Shown here piece after piece: positions 38,028-51,173 of a stretch of 64,000 nt of DNA (position 1 is the first letter of the stretch; each line of letters opens with the position of its first letter). Under the pieces are notes generated by a model that was not told the DNA's origin, made no database searches, and saw only the letters and a program-made list of their open reading frames with translations. Position numbers and translations under genes: made by a program. Source of the DNA: Octopus sinensis (lineage: Eukaryota); assembly GCF_006345805.1 (NCBI RefSeq), contig NC_043012.1, positions 24,056,001 through 24,120,000 on the forward strand, in the 5' to 3' direction.

Positions 38028-38345
38028 AATCATCATCATCATCATCATCATTTAACGTCCGTTTTCCATGCTAGCATGGGTTGGACGGTTCAACTGGGGT
38101 CTGGGAAACCAGAAGGCTGTGCCAGGCCCAGTCTGATCTGGCAGTGTTTCTACAGCTGGATGCCCTTCCTAACGCCAACCACTCTGTGAATGTAGTGGGT
38201 GCTTTTTACGTGCCACCTGCACAGGTGCCAGATGAGGCTGGCAATGGCCACGATCAGATGGTGCTTTTTACGTGCCACTGGCACGGGGCCAGACGAGGCT
38301 GGCAACGGCCACAATTGGATGGTGCATTTTACGTGCCACCGGCAC
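38028..38345 (-). mobile_element. Retroposon family B 3' end with internal tandem units
   Basis: (cat)n-ttaacgtccgttttccatgctagc...ttttacgtgccacc units. Confidence 0.88.
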
Positions 38346-38487
38346 GGAAATTAAGGAGAACAGCTGATGAATAGAATTAGTAGAGAACCAAAGGCAATGA
38401 ATTAACAGAATATCTTGAGGGGTTGGGGAAAGAAGATTAGCAGATCCAGGAAATGTGAATCAATGTACAGAATATGTCACAAATAAA

Positions 38488-38707
38488 GCAGCGAGCTGGC
38501 AGAATCGTTAGCACGCCGGGCAAAATGCTTTGCGGTATTTCATCTGCCATTACGTTGTGAGTTCAAATTCCGCCGAGGTCGACTTTGCCTTTCATCCTTT
38601 TGGGGTCGATAAATTAAGTACCAGTTATGCACTGGTATCGATGTAATCAACTTAATCCCTTTGTTTGTCCCCTCTATGTTTAGTCTCTTGTGGGCAATAA
38701 ACAAATA
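38488..38707 (+). mobile_element. SINE family C with a 19-bp target-site duplication
   Basis: AGAATATGTCACAAATAAA at 38469-38487 and 38708-38726 flanks a tRNA-like head (GCGAGCTGGCAGAATCGTTAGC...GAGTTCAAATTCCGCC). Confidence 0.92.
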
Positions 38708-38903
38708 AGAATATGTCACAAATAAACAGCAGAGACACATTTGAAACTTCATCCCAAGTGTCTTTGCTCTTTTTGAAGGTGACAGAATATGACTGAAGTG
38801 AGGTTTGGCTGTTATTTCTAACTGACAAGGACCATGGTGAGGCATCTAACTCATACCATCATGGAAGACAATGATGATGATGATGATGATATCCACATTA
38901 TAG

Positions 38904-38978
38904 TTTTGCCGAAAAGCATAAGGTTAAAGTGAAAACAGCATACAATGAAATCAAGGATGTGCCACCTGAGCAGGCAAG
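38904..38978 (+). CDS. Candidate phase-2/2 exon, FAEKHKVKVKTAYNEIKDVPPEQA; product unknown
   Basis: ccacattatag| acceptor, 75 nt open, and a near-consensus AAG|GTAAGC donor. Confidence 0.55.
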
Positions 38979-39134
38979 GTAAGCAGTGCCTACCCTGAAT
39001 AAAATAGATTGATAGCAACATTTTCCTTTTACTGCAAAATATGCAACTAATTCAATAAAATTATGAAGGTTACTCTGATTACTATGCATAAAAGGCAAAA
39101 TATTTTATATAATTTGCCCATCTTTCAATCTCAG

Positions 39135-39159
39135 TATTAAAGCTATGCATAGAACTGCT
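39135..39159 (+). CDS. Candidate small exon, IKAMHRTA; 3' boundary uncertain
   Basis: Strong acceptor (tttgcccatctttcaatctcag|). Only the phase-2 frame stays open. The GCT|GTAGTA donor is weak. Confidence 0.3.
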
Positions 39160-39819
39160 GTAGTACACATGCTGCATACATTCCTACAACAACGTTTTCT
39201 TTACGTGCTATAAAAGCAGAAGTAAATCTGCCTACAACTCAGTCCCATGCCTGTGTTTCACTTTTTTTTTTCTTTTTTTTTTTTGGTGTTTTACCACATA
39301 AACGTCACCAATTGCCTACCCAGAGTAATTACCGATGGTACGTGCCTGAATGAAATATTTCTTGCTTGTTTAAAAATCCAGGCTAATTTAATGGATGTTT
39401 TCTTATTATCAGGCGCTGAACTGTCAGTCAGAATCATTAGCATATTGGACAAAATGTTTAGCGATATCTTGTCTTTACGTTCTGAGTTCAATAACCACAG
39501 AATCAATTTTGCTTTTCATCCTTTCAGGGTTCAATGAAATAAGTACCAGTATACTAATGGAGTTGATGTAAATGATTATCTCCCTTGCCAAATATTTCAG
39601 GCCTTGTGCCTAAAGTATAAAGGATTATTATTATTATTAATGTTTCAGTATGTATAATATACTAGTAATAATCTGCCTCATTCAGCCAATCTTGTATATG
39701 AAAGAAATAATTATTGCTTAACAAGTTTAATACATTGAAATAGAGACAGAGCAAGAAGTCTATTAATTAGCATCTAACAAAAATAATTAAGGCAAGATAA
39801 TACCTCAGATTTCTGTTAG

Positions 39820-39975
39820 CAAAATCTCAGAAAAATAGCAAAGGATATGGCTCTGGGCGTTATTAGACTGTGCAAAACTGCAAATATTTCACTAAAATAT
39901 GGATATTATCCTTGTGTAGATGGGCATTGCTGTAAAAATCATCGCAGCTCTTCACTTCAACATTTGAAACTCTGA
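39820..39975 (+). CDS. Candidate terminal exon, QNLRKIAKDMALGVIRLCKTANISLKYGYYPCVDGHCCKNHRSSSLQHLKL*
   Basis: atttctgttag| acceptor followed by 51 open codons with protein-like composition in AT-rich surroundings. Confidence 0.4.
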   Translation, partial: QNLRKIAKDMALGVIRLCKTANISLKYGYYPCVDGHCCKNHRSSSLQHLKL

Positions 39976-40101
39976 GTACTATAATGACAACTTTTTACTG
40001 TTTGTTCTAAATTATAACATATATAATCATCCTCTATTTATCTAATATTGAGGTCACATGCTTTTGTTGTTACTTTTTATTATAATATATATATATATTA
40101 T

Positions 40102-40133
<32 letters not shown>

Positions 40134-40149
40134 ATATATATATATATAT

Positions 40150-40490
40150 TCAGTCCCACTGCGTGGCATCTTGGGCAAGTGTCTTCTACTATAGCCTCGG
40201 GCCGACCAAAGCCTTGTGAGTGGATTTGGTAGACGGAAACTGAAAAGAAGCCTGTCGTATATATGTATATATATATGTGTATGTATGTTTGTGTCTGTGT
40301 TTGTACCCCTAGCATTGCTTGACAACCGATGTTGGTATGTTTACGTCCCTGTCACTTAGCGGTTCGGCAAAACAGACCAATCGAATAAGTACTGGGCTAA
40401 CAAAGAATAAGTCCCGGGGTCTATTTGCTCGACTAAAGGCGGTGCTCCAGCATGGCCGCAGTCAAATGACTGAAACAAGTAAAAGAGTAA
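40150..40490 (+). mobile_element. SINE family A, head lost at a (TA)n tract
   Basis: Starts at ttcagtcccactgcgtggc and runs to aagtaaaagagtaaaa. Confidence 0.9.
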
Positions 40491-40499
40491 AAAAAAAAA

Positions 40500-40547
<48 letters not shown>

Positions 40548-40549
<2 letters not shown>

Positions 40550-40765
40550 GAGGGGATGCTGAAAAGTTCCTGGTTTTAAGGGTATCGCAAAAGGCCTGGC
40601 TGGAGGCTCAACCTTCCGAGTTCTTTGACAGGGATTGGAAAAACTGAAGGATCGCTGCCATAAGGGTGTGAATCTGAGAGGGGAATATGTTGTATAAACT
40701 CATAATTAACTGATCCTCTTGTATTTCTTTTACTCAAAGACAGGAATTTCTCAGCCCCACCTCAT
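40548..40765 (+). mobile_element. mariner-derived MITE
   Basis: TIRs ATGAGGGGATGCTGAAAAGTTCCTG and CAGGAATTTCTCAGCCCCACCTCAT in a TA context. Residual transposase C-terminus GLEKLKDRCHKGVNLRGEYVV*. Confidence 0.75.
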
Positions 40766-40784
40766 ATAATTATACACACACACA

Positions 40785-41285
40785 CATCATCATCATCGTT
40801 GTTTAACGTCCGCTTTCCATGCTAGAATGGGTTGGACGAATGACTGAGGGCTGGCAATCCAGGTGGCTGCACCAGGCTTCAATCTTGATCTGGCAGAGTT
40901 TCTACAGCTTGATGCCCTTCCGAACGACAACCACTCCGAGAGTGTAGTGGGTGCTTTTACATGCCACCGGCACGTGGCCGGTCAGGCGGTACTGGCAACG
41001 ACCTTGCTCGAATCTTTTACACATGCCACCAGCACAGGTGCCAGTAAAGCGATGCTGGTAACGATCACGCTCGAATGGTGTCTTTTACATGCCACCGGCA
41101 CGGAGGCCAGATAACCGCTCTGGCAACGATCATGCTCGGATGGTGCTCTTAATACCCTCCTAGCATGGGACTCAAGTGCCAGTAAGGCGACGCTGGTAAC
41201 GATCACACTTGAATGGTGCCTTTTAAGTGCCACTGGCACAGAAGCTGGTTAGCCGCTCTGTCAATGATCACACTCATATGGTGCT

Positions 41286-41290
<5 letters not shown>
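40785..41290 (-). mobile_element. Retroposon family B 3' end with several internal tandem units
   Basis: (cat)n tail, then ttttacatgccaccggcac...gcaacgatc...tcgaatggtgc units. Confidence 0.88.
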
Positions 41291-41329
<39 letters not shown>

Positions 41330-42175
41330 AACACATATATATGACAGGCTTCTTTCAGTTTCCATCCACTGAATTTATTCACAAGGCTTTGATCAACCTG
41401 GGGCTAGAGTAGAAGGCAAATGCCCTTGGTGCCATGCAGTGGGACTGAACTGGAGACCCTATGATTGGAAAGCCAGCTTGCTACAACACAGCCACATATG
41501 TGCCTGATATCTGGCATCAATGTTCCAGCAATTTCTCTAATCCCCTTTGCATGTTGTTTTATTGGCCCTGAATGGAAGCAAAACAAATCTGACCTCAGCA
41601 AGATTTGAACTCAGTGAGTGCAGAGACAGTCAAAACTAAATACTGCATGGTTCTTTTTCTTACCTCCTCCTCCTCCACTTCTGCTTTAATGAGTCAATTC
41701 ACTTAATTAATTTACTACTTAGAAACCATTAAGAAGGAGAAGGTAGAAACAGGTACAGAGGAAAAGGCAACAAACTAGAACTAGGAGACCTAATATTATG
41801 GTGAGACTATATAAGGAAGTGGGGCACATGAGAAAGGAGCAGGGTAAGGAAAAGAAAGAGAGAGAGGATAGAGAGGAGGTGGATTCATTAAGTGGGTGTC
41901 GGAGATGGTTACTGAGTGCAATGGATGCAGTGAGAACAGTGTTATTTAACAGGTGGCTGGGAAGGTAATATGTGGGTGGTCCTTGACAGAAAGTGGGTGT
42001 GGCTAAGATGTGTGTGGGCTGGGGTAAGAGAGAGGGCCGTTCAGAGTGCAAAGATCATCAGCAGAGTGGTGGGGAGAGGAATGAGGGACAGGAGAGAGAG
42101 AGTGAGAGAAGGGGAGGAAAGAGACAGAAGGTGTTTGTAACCAATTTGACAGGTAGTAAAATTAGATAAGAAGGG

Positions 42176-42210
<35 letters not shown>

Positions 42211-42288
42211 TGATATAAAAGGTAGAAAACAAGAGACAGACAAGGAAGAGAAACACTGATACACAAAGCAAATAATGCCTATGCATGC

Positions 42289-42335
<47 letters not shown>

Positions 42336-42376
42336 ACACACAGAGACGAAGAGTGAGAGATAGTGTAAGATAGATT

Positions 42377-42409
<33 letters not shown>

Positions 42410-43256
42410 GTTATGTATAAATGTATGTATATGTGATGGCTTATCTTCTGCCAGCTATCTGCGTCAGTGATTGGACTACGGTCCCGGCTGGGGCATCGTC
42501 TTGAATTGGTTTAATCAAACAGATAAACCCCAATAAGCTGGGGTTCCTTTTCCCTTTCCCTCCCCACTTTTAAGGCTGGTCCTTATTCCATCAGTCTCTT
42601 TTGCAGAATTGCTAGGTTATGAAAACAGACCAATACTTGTGATCAAGAAGTAGTGCAGGACAAATTCAAAGACATATGTATATATATATATATGATAGGC
42701 TTCTGTACAGTTTCCATCTACCAAACTCAGTCAAGAGGCATTTGTTAGATGAGGGCTATAGCAGAAGACAATTACCCATGGTGTTGTACTGTGGGACTGA
42801 ACTTGAAACCATGTGGTTGCAAATTGAGCCTCGTGACCACTGAATCATGTCTGTGCGTCCACTAATCAATGATGATTTCCACAAGGATTCCAGTTACCAT
42901 ATCAAACTGGGCAGCCAACTAATACACTGAATCAGGAGTGGAAGTGGTCGAGTATTCCAAAGTGATGTTTATGCTTAAGATAATCCCTCTGGTGGAATCA
43001 TTAAGACATAACATGTGACAAAGCTGATTCTTTTCAAATAATGACATGTCCAACATTTGGCCAATTCCACTCGCAGGAAGTAGGTGGTCGACCCAAGACT
43101 TAAGGGGAGAGAAAGCTTGTCCAAACTGTCACTCAGTGGGTTTGAACCCTGAAATTTCATGATTGCAAAGCAAACTATTTAACCACTTGGCCATTCTTTT
43201 ATCCTAAGCATACAACACACACACATTCATTCATTCATTGAAGAAGAGGGAATAGA

Positions 43257-43288
<32 letters not shown>

Positions 43289-44030
43289 TGAGAGAGAGTG
43301 CATGTGTGTGCGAGACAGAGAAAGAGAGAAACTGAAAGATGAGAAGAGATCTAAGAGCAAAGGGTGGGGGAGGGGAGCAGAGAAAAAGAGGAAGAGATAC
43401 ATTGAGCAGTATTGCATAGAATATCTTACATGAGTTTTGCAAGAGATGTTTATGTAAGAAACGAAATGTCCCCAAACATATGACTGGTACTTGATTAATC
43501 AAGGGCTTAAGGAAGGATCCCAAAGTCAGTCGCAATGGAAATCTTCTCTTCCTCGTTTCAGTCATTGGATGGCAGCCATACTGGCACACCACCTTAAACA
43601 GTTTAGTGAAACAAATCAACCCTAAGTCTGGGGTTTATTCTATCAGTCTTTTATTTTTTGCTGAGATGCTAAGGAAATGTAAACAAACCAACACAGGTTG
43701 TCAATTGGTGGTAGGGAACAAACACATTATGTATATTATGCTCGGAACATTTACAACCCTCTCCCTTCACCATTCATCAGATTAATATATTTCTTAAGCA
43801 CGTCCTCACATTCGTGTTTTGTTTTCTTTTTTTTCTGTTTTTTAATTGTTTGTTTATTTGAATTGACTATTTACTGCATGCTCACACATCCTTCCGACTG
43901 TTTTGGAGAACCCAATTCTTGTTGTACTCTGAATCAATTAAAAGGTGATGTGATCCAATGGTAGAGAGAAATCCATTTTGGCACCTTTGATTGTGAATCA
44001 TTATTTATATATATATAGATATATATAATA

Positions 44031-44190
44031 GGCGCAGGAGTGGCTGTGTGGTAAATAGCTTGCTTACCAACCACATAGTTCTGGGTTCAGTCCCACTGTG
44101 TGGCACCTTGGGCAAGTGTCTTCTACTATAGCCTCGGGCCGACCAAAGCCTTGTGAGTGGATTTGGGAGACAGAAACTGAAAGAAGCCCG

Positions 44191-44227
<37 letters not shown>

Positions 44228-44592
44228 TGTTTGTGTGTTTATATGTTTGTATGTCTGTGTTTATCCCTCCAACATCGCTTGGCAACCGATGCTGGTGTGT
44301 TTACGTCCCCGTAAATTAGAGGTTCGGCAAAAGAGACCGATAGAGTAAGTACGAGGCTTCCAAAGAATAAGTCCGGGGGTTGAGTTGCTTGACTAAAGGC
44401 AGTGCTCTAGCATGGCCGCAGTCAAATGGCTGAAACAAGTAAAGAGTGGTTGGCGTTAGGAAGGGCATCCAGCCGTAGAAACACTGCCAGATTTGACTGG
44501 GCCTGATGAAGCCTTCTGGCTTCACAGACCCCAGTAGAACCGTCCAACCCATGCTAGCATGGAAAACGGACGCTAAATGATGATGATGATGA
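44031..44592 (+). mobile_element. SINE family A fused directly to a family B 3' end
   Basis: The A tail gaaacaagtaaaGAG runs into the B sequence GAGtggttggcgttagg, sharing GAG at 44444-44446. Confidence 0.85.
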
Positions 44593-47500
44593 TATATATG
44601 TATGTATGTATGCATATATATAAAAAAAATATACATTAAGTACAGGACTTCACCAACAAGAGAAAAATACGTAAACACACGAGAGATAAGAACAGGGCAA
44701 AATACCAAAATATGATAACATCTCTTCAGTTGTTGACTGTTTTGCTACTCTGTTTCATGCTTTTAACACCAAGATAGGAAAACTTCATAAGACAGCAACA
44801 TTGAGAAATTTTTGAAATATAAAATTTGTGGAGAGTTAGGGATTTGAACAAAGAAACAACAACTGAATAAACAATCACCGAAAGCAAACATTAAGGGCCG
44901 TTAAGCCAAGAGTTTCCACATGGATTCCGTCAACGAAATTCACTAAAAAAATGTTGGTTGGGTGAGGGTTATAGTAGACAGCATTTACCAAAGATGCCGT
45001 TCGTTGGAATTGAACCCCAAACCACATTGTTAAAAAGTGAGATTCTTAACCATAGCGTCATGTAAATGATTAACATGAGCCATGGAAAGAGAGAAGAAGA
45101 AGGAAGGTGTCTAATGAAGGGTAAACTGGGAGAGAAAGTGAGATGATGATGATGACGAACGTCAATAAAGAGAGAAAACAAAAAAGTTAAGGGGGGAGGG
45201 AGGGAGGGAGGGGGAGGGAAGGAGAGGGGAAACTGAAATGAGAATGGAGAAGGATAAATGTCATGAAAGAGTAAAAGAGACAGGGAAGGAGAGGGAGAGA
45301 AGAGAGGGACTGAGCCTGTGTTATATACTTGAAAGAGAGAAAGAGAAACAAAAGCAGAGAGAGAGAGAGAGAAATATGTAGTGGGAGGAGTCAGAGAAGG
45401 AAACAGGAAGAAGAGACAGCATGATAAAGATGGTGTGATATGTCTCAAGAATGAGAAGAACTTGTCATAAATATCAAAATTAGAGCACAATCTGTCAAGA
45501 TGTTTAAAAATATGAGAATTTGATCAGACACATAGGAGTGCTTCCTTGTGTGTGTGTGTGTGGTGTTTATACTTGTATGGATGTCTTAGTCATTTCTGGA
45601 TGTGCAGACATTCATTACTATTTTTATATTAAATATTTTTTACATATATATATATATATGAATGTATGTGTGTATGTACATACATATATATATATATATA
45701 TGTATGTATGTACATACACACATACATTCATATATATATACACGCACACTTATATATATATACACACGCACTTATATATATATATACGACAGGCTTCTTT
45801 CAGTTTCCATCTACCAAATCCACTCACAAGGCATTGGTCGGCCCGGGGCTATAGCAGAAGACACTTGCCCAAGATGCCACGCAGTGGGACTGAACCCGGA
45901 ACCATGTGGTTGGTAAGCAAGCTACTTACCACACAGCCATTGAGCTTCATCAATGCCAACAAGAGAAAAATAAGTAAACACACGAGAGATAAGAACAGGG
46001 CAAAATGTGACTGTGTGTCTACCATTGGCGATTTTTTTCTCCTCTGTCTTCCCTTCTCGGGATCTTTCCTTCTCCTATGTTTCGACGAAGAGCTCCGCTC
46101 GAAACGTTAAACCCTCCTTCTTTCCTGAGCGTCCAATAATACCATATTTGTTCCACGTCCTCGCTTTGTTGTGTTTTTTTTTGTACTTTCTTGTTGGATT
46201 AACTATATATATATATAAATATATATATATATAATATATATATACATATATGTTTGTGTGTTTATATGTTTGTATGTCTGTGTTATCCCTCCAACATCGC
46301 TTGGCAACCGATGCTGGTGTGTTTACGTCCCCGTAAATTAGAGGTTCGGCAAAAGAGACCGATAGAGTAAGTACGAGGCTTCCAAAGAATAAGTCCGGGG
46401 GTTGAGTTGCTTGACTAAAGGCAGTGCTCTAGCATGGCCGCAGTCAAATGGCTGAAACAAGTAAAGAGTGGTTGGCGTTAGGAAGGGCATCCAGCCGTAG
46501 AAACACTGCCAGATTTGACTGGGCCTGATGAAGCCTTCTGGCTTCACAGACCCCAGTAGAACCGTCCAACCCATGCTAGCATGGAAAACGGACGCTAAAT
46601 GATGATGATGATGATATATATGTATGTATGTATGCATATATATAAAAAAAATATACATTAAGTACAGGACTTCACCAACAAGAGAAAAATACGTAAACAC
46701 ACGAGAGATAAGAACAGGGCAAAATACCAAAATATGATAACATCTCTTCAGTTGTTGACTGTTTTGCTACTCTGTTTCATGCTTTTAACACCAAGATAGG
46801 AAAACTTCATAAGACAGCAACATTGAGAAATTTTTGAAATATAAAATTTGTGGAGAGTTAGGGATTTGAACAAAGAAACAACAACTGAATAAACAATCAC
46901 CGAAAGCAAACATTAAGGGCCGTTAAGCCAAGAGTTTCCACATGGATTCCGTCAAAGAAATTCACTAAAAAAATGTTGGTTGGGTGAGGGTTATAGTAGA
47001 CAGCATTTACCAAAGATGCCGTTCGTTGGAATTGAACCCCAAACCACATTGTTAAAAAGTGAGATTCTTAACCATAGCGTCATGTAAATGATTAACATGA
47101 GCCATGGAAAGAGAGAAAGAAGAAGGAAGGTGTCTAATGAAAGGGTAAACTGGGAGAGAAAGTGAGATGATGATGATGACGAATGTCAATAAAGAGAGAA
47201 AACAAAAAAGTTAAGGAGGGAGGGAGGGAGGGAGGGAGGGGGAGGGAAGGAGAGGGGAAACTGAAATGAGAATGGAGAAGGATAAATGTCATGAAAGAGT
47301 AAAAGAGACAGGGAAGGAGAGGGAGAGAAGAGAGGGAGAGCCTGTGTTATATACTTGAAAGAGAGAAAGAGAAACAAAAGCAGAGAGAGAGAGAGAAATA
47401 TGTGGTGCGAGGAGTCAGAGAAGGAAACAGGAAGAAGAGACAGCATGATAAAGATGGTGTGATATGTCTCAAGAATGAGAAGAACTTGTCATAAATATCA

Positions 47501-47662
47501 AAATTAGAGCACAATCTGTCAAGATGTTTAAAAATATGCGAATTTGATCAGACACGTAGGAGTGCTTCCTTGTGTGTGTGTGTGTGTTTATACTTGTATG
47601 GATGTCTTTAGTCATTTCTGGATGTGCAGACATTCATTACTATTTTTATATTAAATATTTTT

Positions 47663-47699
<37 letters not shown>

Positions 47700-48203
47700 G
47701 TATGTACATACACACATACATTCATATATATATACACGCACACTTATATATATATATATACACACGCACTTATATATATATATACGACAGGCTTCTTTCA
47801 GTTTCCATCTACCAAATCCACTCACAAGGCATTGGTCGGCCCGGGGCTATAGCAGAAGACACTTGCCCAAGATGCCACACAGTGGGACTGAACCCGGAAC
47901 CATGTGGTTGGTAAGCAAGCTACTTACCACACAGCCATTGAGCGTCATCAATGCCAACAAGAGAAAAATAAGTAAACACACGAGAGATAAGAACAGGGCA
48001 AAATGTGACTGTGTGTCTACCATTGGCGATTTTTTTCTCCTCTGTCTTCCCTTCTCGGGATCTTTCCTTCTCCTATGTTTCCGACGAAGAGCTCCGCTCG
48101 AAACGTTAAACCCTCCTTCTTTCCTGAGCGTCCAATAATACCATATTTGTTCCACGTCCTCGCTTTGTTGTGTTTTTTTTTGTACTTTCTTGTTGGATTA
48201 ACT

Positions 48204-48245
<42 letters not shown>
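44220..48245. repeat. Tandem segmental duplication, ~2.02-kb unit x2 (about 44220-46240 and 46241-48245)
   Basis: The copies are colinear and differ by a handful of substitutions plus homopolymer and microsatellite indels. Breakpoints lie in (TA)n tracts. Confidence 0.97.
46003..46205 (+). mobile_element. Penelope-like terminal fragment with a damaged hammerhead-like motif at 46079-46112 (duplicate at 48000-48205, motif at 48077-48111)
   Basis: Same ~200-bp block as 58995-59215. Motif is gttt-C(C)GACGA-A-GAGC-tcc-GCTC-GAAA-CGTT-aaac. Confidence 0.65.
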
Positions 48246-48247
<2 letters not shown>

Positions 48248-48544
48248 CAGATTATGATAAGCTGACGAATTCTAAGAAGGATGAAATAGTGCTATACATG
48301 ATTCCTTCTAATTACAAATTTTTAAGAACTTCTCAATAAGCAAGCAACACAAAAAAAAAAAAATTTTTAAATAAATAAATATGTGAATTTTATGCATCTT
48401 TGTTCTTATTCCTTAATTTCAAATTCAAATCTGAAAATTCACCAAATATTATGGTTGTGAAGTAGTGAAAGGCACACACATACACAATATACTCATGCAA
48501 AGATCTTCAGCACAATTTTCATCTTCTGGCTCTCATGACAGTAG

Positions 48545-49066
48545 CAGGTAAAAAGCACCATTCAAGCATGGTTGATGCCAGTGCCGCTTGACTGGTTCTC
48601 ATGCTAGTGGAATGTAAAAAGAAACATTTGAGCGTCATCAATGCCAATGCCACCTGACTGGTCCAGTGTCACCTGACTGGTCTGGTGACACCAACATGTA
48701 AAAGGCACCATTTAAGCGTGGCTGTTGCCAGTACTGCCTGACTGGCTCCCATGCTGGTAGCACATAAAATGCACCATTCAAGCATGGTCATTGCCAGCGC
48801 CGCCTGACTCACTCCCATGCCGGTGGCACATGAAAAGCACCACTCAAGCGTAGTCAATGCCAGTACTGCCAGACTGGCCCTCATGCCGGTGACACATAAA
48901 AAGCAGCCACTACACTCTCGGAGTGGTTGACATTAGGAAGGGCATCCAGCTATAGAAACATTGCCATATCAGATTGGAGCCTGGTGCAGCCTTCTAGCTT
49001 GCCAGTCCTCAGTCAAACTGTCCAACCCATGCCAGCATGGAAAGTGGACATTAAGCGATGATGATG
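48545..49066 (+). mobile_element. Retroposon family B 3' end with 5-6 internal ~66-bp tandem units
   Basis: aaaagcaccattcaagc-type anchors recur from about 48549 to 48898, followed by the family B tail. Confidence 0.88.
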
Positions 49067-50159
49067 AAATTCACTGCCAAGGCATTGGTTCGTTCAGGGC
49101 TATGGCGAAAGACACTATCCAATGGGATGCACTGTAGGACTGAACCTGGACCCATGTGGTTATGATGTTATACTGGCTCAGACTCCCTTTCATAACCTCT
49201 TGGGCAAATATCTTCCATTATAATCATAGGTTGTCAATGCCTTATGAGTGAAATTGTGCAGAAGCCCTTGTACATGTGTATATGTGTGTGAATGCCTGTG
49301 TATGTATGTGTGAGCATTTGCGTATGTGAGACTGTGAGTATCCATGTGTGTGTCTCTACAATTATATTTGTGTGTACATGTCTGTATATGTGTGTGCATA
49401 CACATCTCTGTGTAAATGTCTCAGTATGTAAATGTTTGTACCTCGATGTGTGTGTGTCTATGTGAATGTAAATGTGTGTGTGTGTACATGCTTTTATATA
49501 TTTAAGTTTTTACCAGTTTAAAACTGATTATACATGTTAATGATTCTATATGTCCAGTAACCTAGCAGTTCAACAAATAAAGAATGGTAAAATAAGTATC
49601 AGATGAAGCTAAGTAGTGGAGGACAATACAAGTGAGTTCACCCCCTGAAGGTGGTGCTACAGCATGGCCATAGTTCAATGAGTGGAACCAGAAAGAGTAT
49701 ATATGTCCATATTTAGTTGAACACACACACATTCACATAGACAAACAAACACACACACACATAGAGATACACACATTTACATACTGAGACATTTACATAG
49801 AGGTGAGTATGCACAAATTTCAGGCCTTGTGCCTAGAGTCGAAAAAATTATCATTTACTATCCATGTTCCATGTTGAAATGGGTTGGATGGTTTGACAGG
49901 ATCCAATATGTCCAAGAACCACATCATGCTCCAGCATTGGTTTGGCATGATTTCTACAGCTGGATGCCCTTCCTAACACCAACCACTTTATTGTATATTA
50001 TGTTTGCATAATGAAATACCATGTACATACAAATCATTAAAGATTACAGAGAGTACCGGGTGCTTTTCTTGTGCTACTAGCTCTAGTGAGGTTGCCACAC
50101 AGCTCACAAGCCTCTGAAGCCCAAGGAGCAAGGGCTTTATCCCAGCAGATGAGGGTTAA

Positions 50160-50378
50160 CCCTTTAGTATTTAAACCGGCCATATCCGGCCAAAATATTT
50201 AATCTGTTTTATGTTCAAACTGACCAGATCCAGGCTCTCACACCTACCCTACAATGTTATTCTACATTAAGTAATTACACCATCAAGATCTTGAAGATAT
50301 GAGATAATGCATGATTAATTCAAATCAATGGGAATCAATAAGCATTATGTTTGATAAAATAATCTGAACACTAAAGGG
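50160..50378. mobile_element. piggyBac-type MITE, family P2 (opposite orientation to 51523)
   Basis: TTAA|CCCTTTAGTATTTAAACCGGCC...CTGAACACTAAAGGG|TTAA. Confidence 0.85.
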
Positions 50379-51142
50379 TTAAGGTATGCAAAAATGAGTA
50401 GGGGCAGAGGATATTCTTGTTGTAGGGCAGGGACATGGCTACTCACATTTAACAAATGAATCAGTGATATCTGTGAAGATATAAATAGTGGTTACGAGGT
50501 ATCAATTAGGTAACACAGGAATGGTATTGTACTCAGAAATTAGCATAGTCTGGGGAGCTTACCAGAAGTCAGAAGGTGGGAGGACCTTTGTCACTGGTCA
50601 ATTATTCTGTCCCTTCTCATTCTATGTATGTCCACATGTAGATATTTTTATCTCAATGTGGATAGTATACGTGTATACACAATATGTAATATCGTACACA
50701 CCTTCTGTCCCAGGAATCTTATAGAATTTCAAACATAAAACATGTTTCCATGTTGAATTGCTTATAGAGCATACAGTTTTAACTTCGAACAATCCTAGTT
50801 TATTAATAATATTAATAAATAAATATTGCACAAATACACACACATACATCCATCTTTGTATATTGCTCTATACATTCACGAATGGATGTGTGTATGTTTT
50901 TTTTATTTATGTGTGTGTGTGTGTGTGTGTGTGTGAGTGTGCATTTGTTTGTGTATGTACATATAGAGTGGAGTGAGTACAATATAGAATTCTGTTTCTG
51001 TAATTCAGACTGAAGGAATTGAGAAACACCCCAGAGATTAGTTTGGCTGACCAATGAGAATACAGACGCACACACCACATGCAGATGTATATTCATATTC
51101 TCTCACACACATTGAAAATATACATACAAATACTTTGAATTT

Positions 51143-51173
<31 letters not shown>

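Noticed and set aside
45520-48138. Duplicated 188-196-aa ORFs as tandem genes
   Set aside because: They are composed of microsatellite plus antisense SINE (RQASFSFHLPNPLTRHWSARG...), a translation that recurs at every family A copy.
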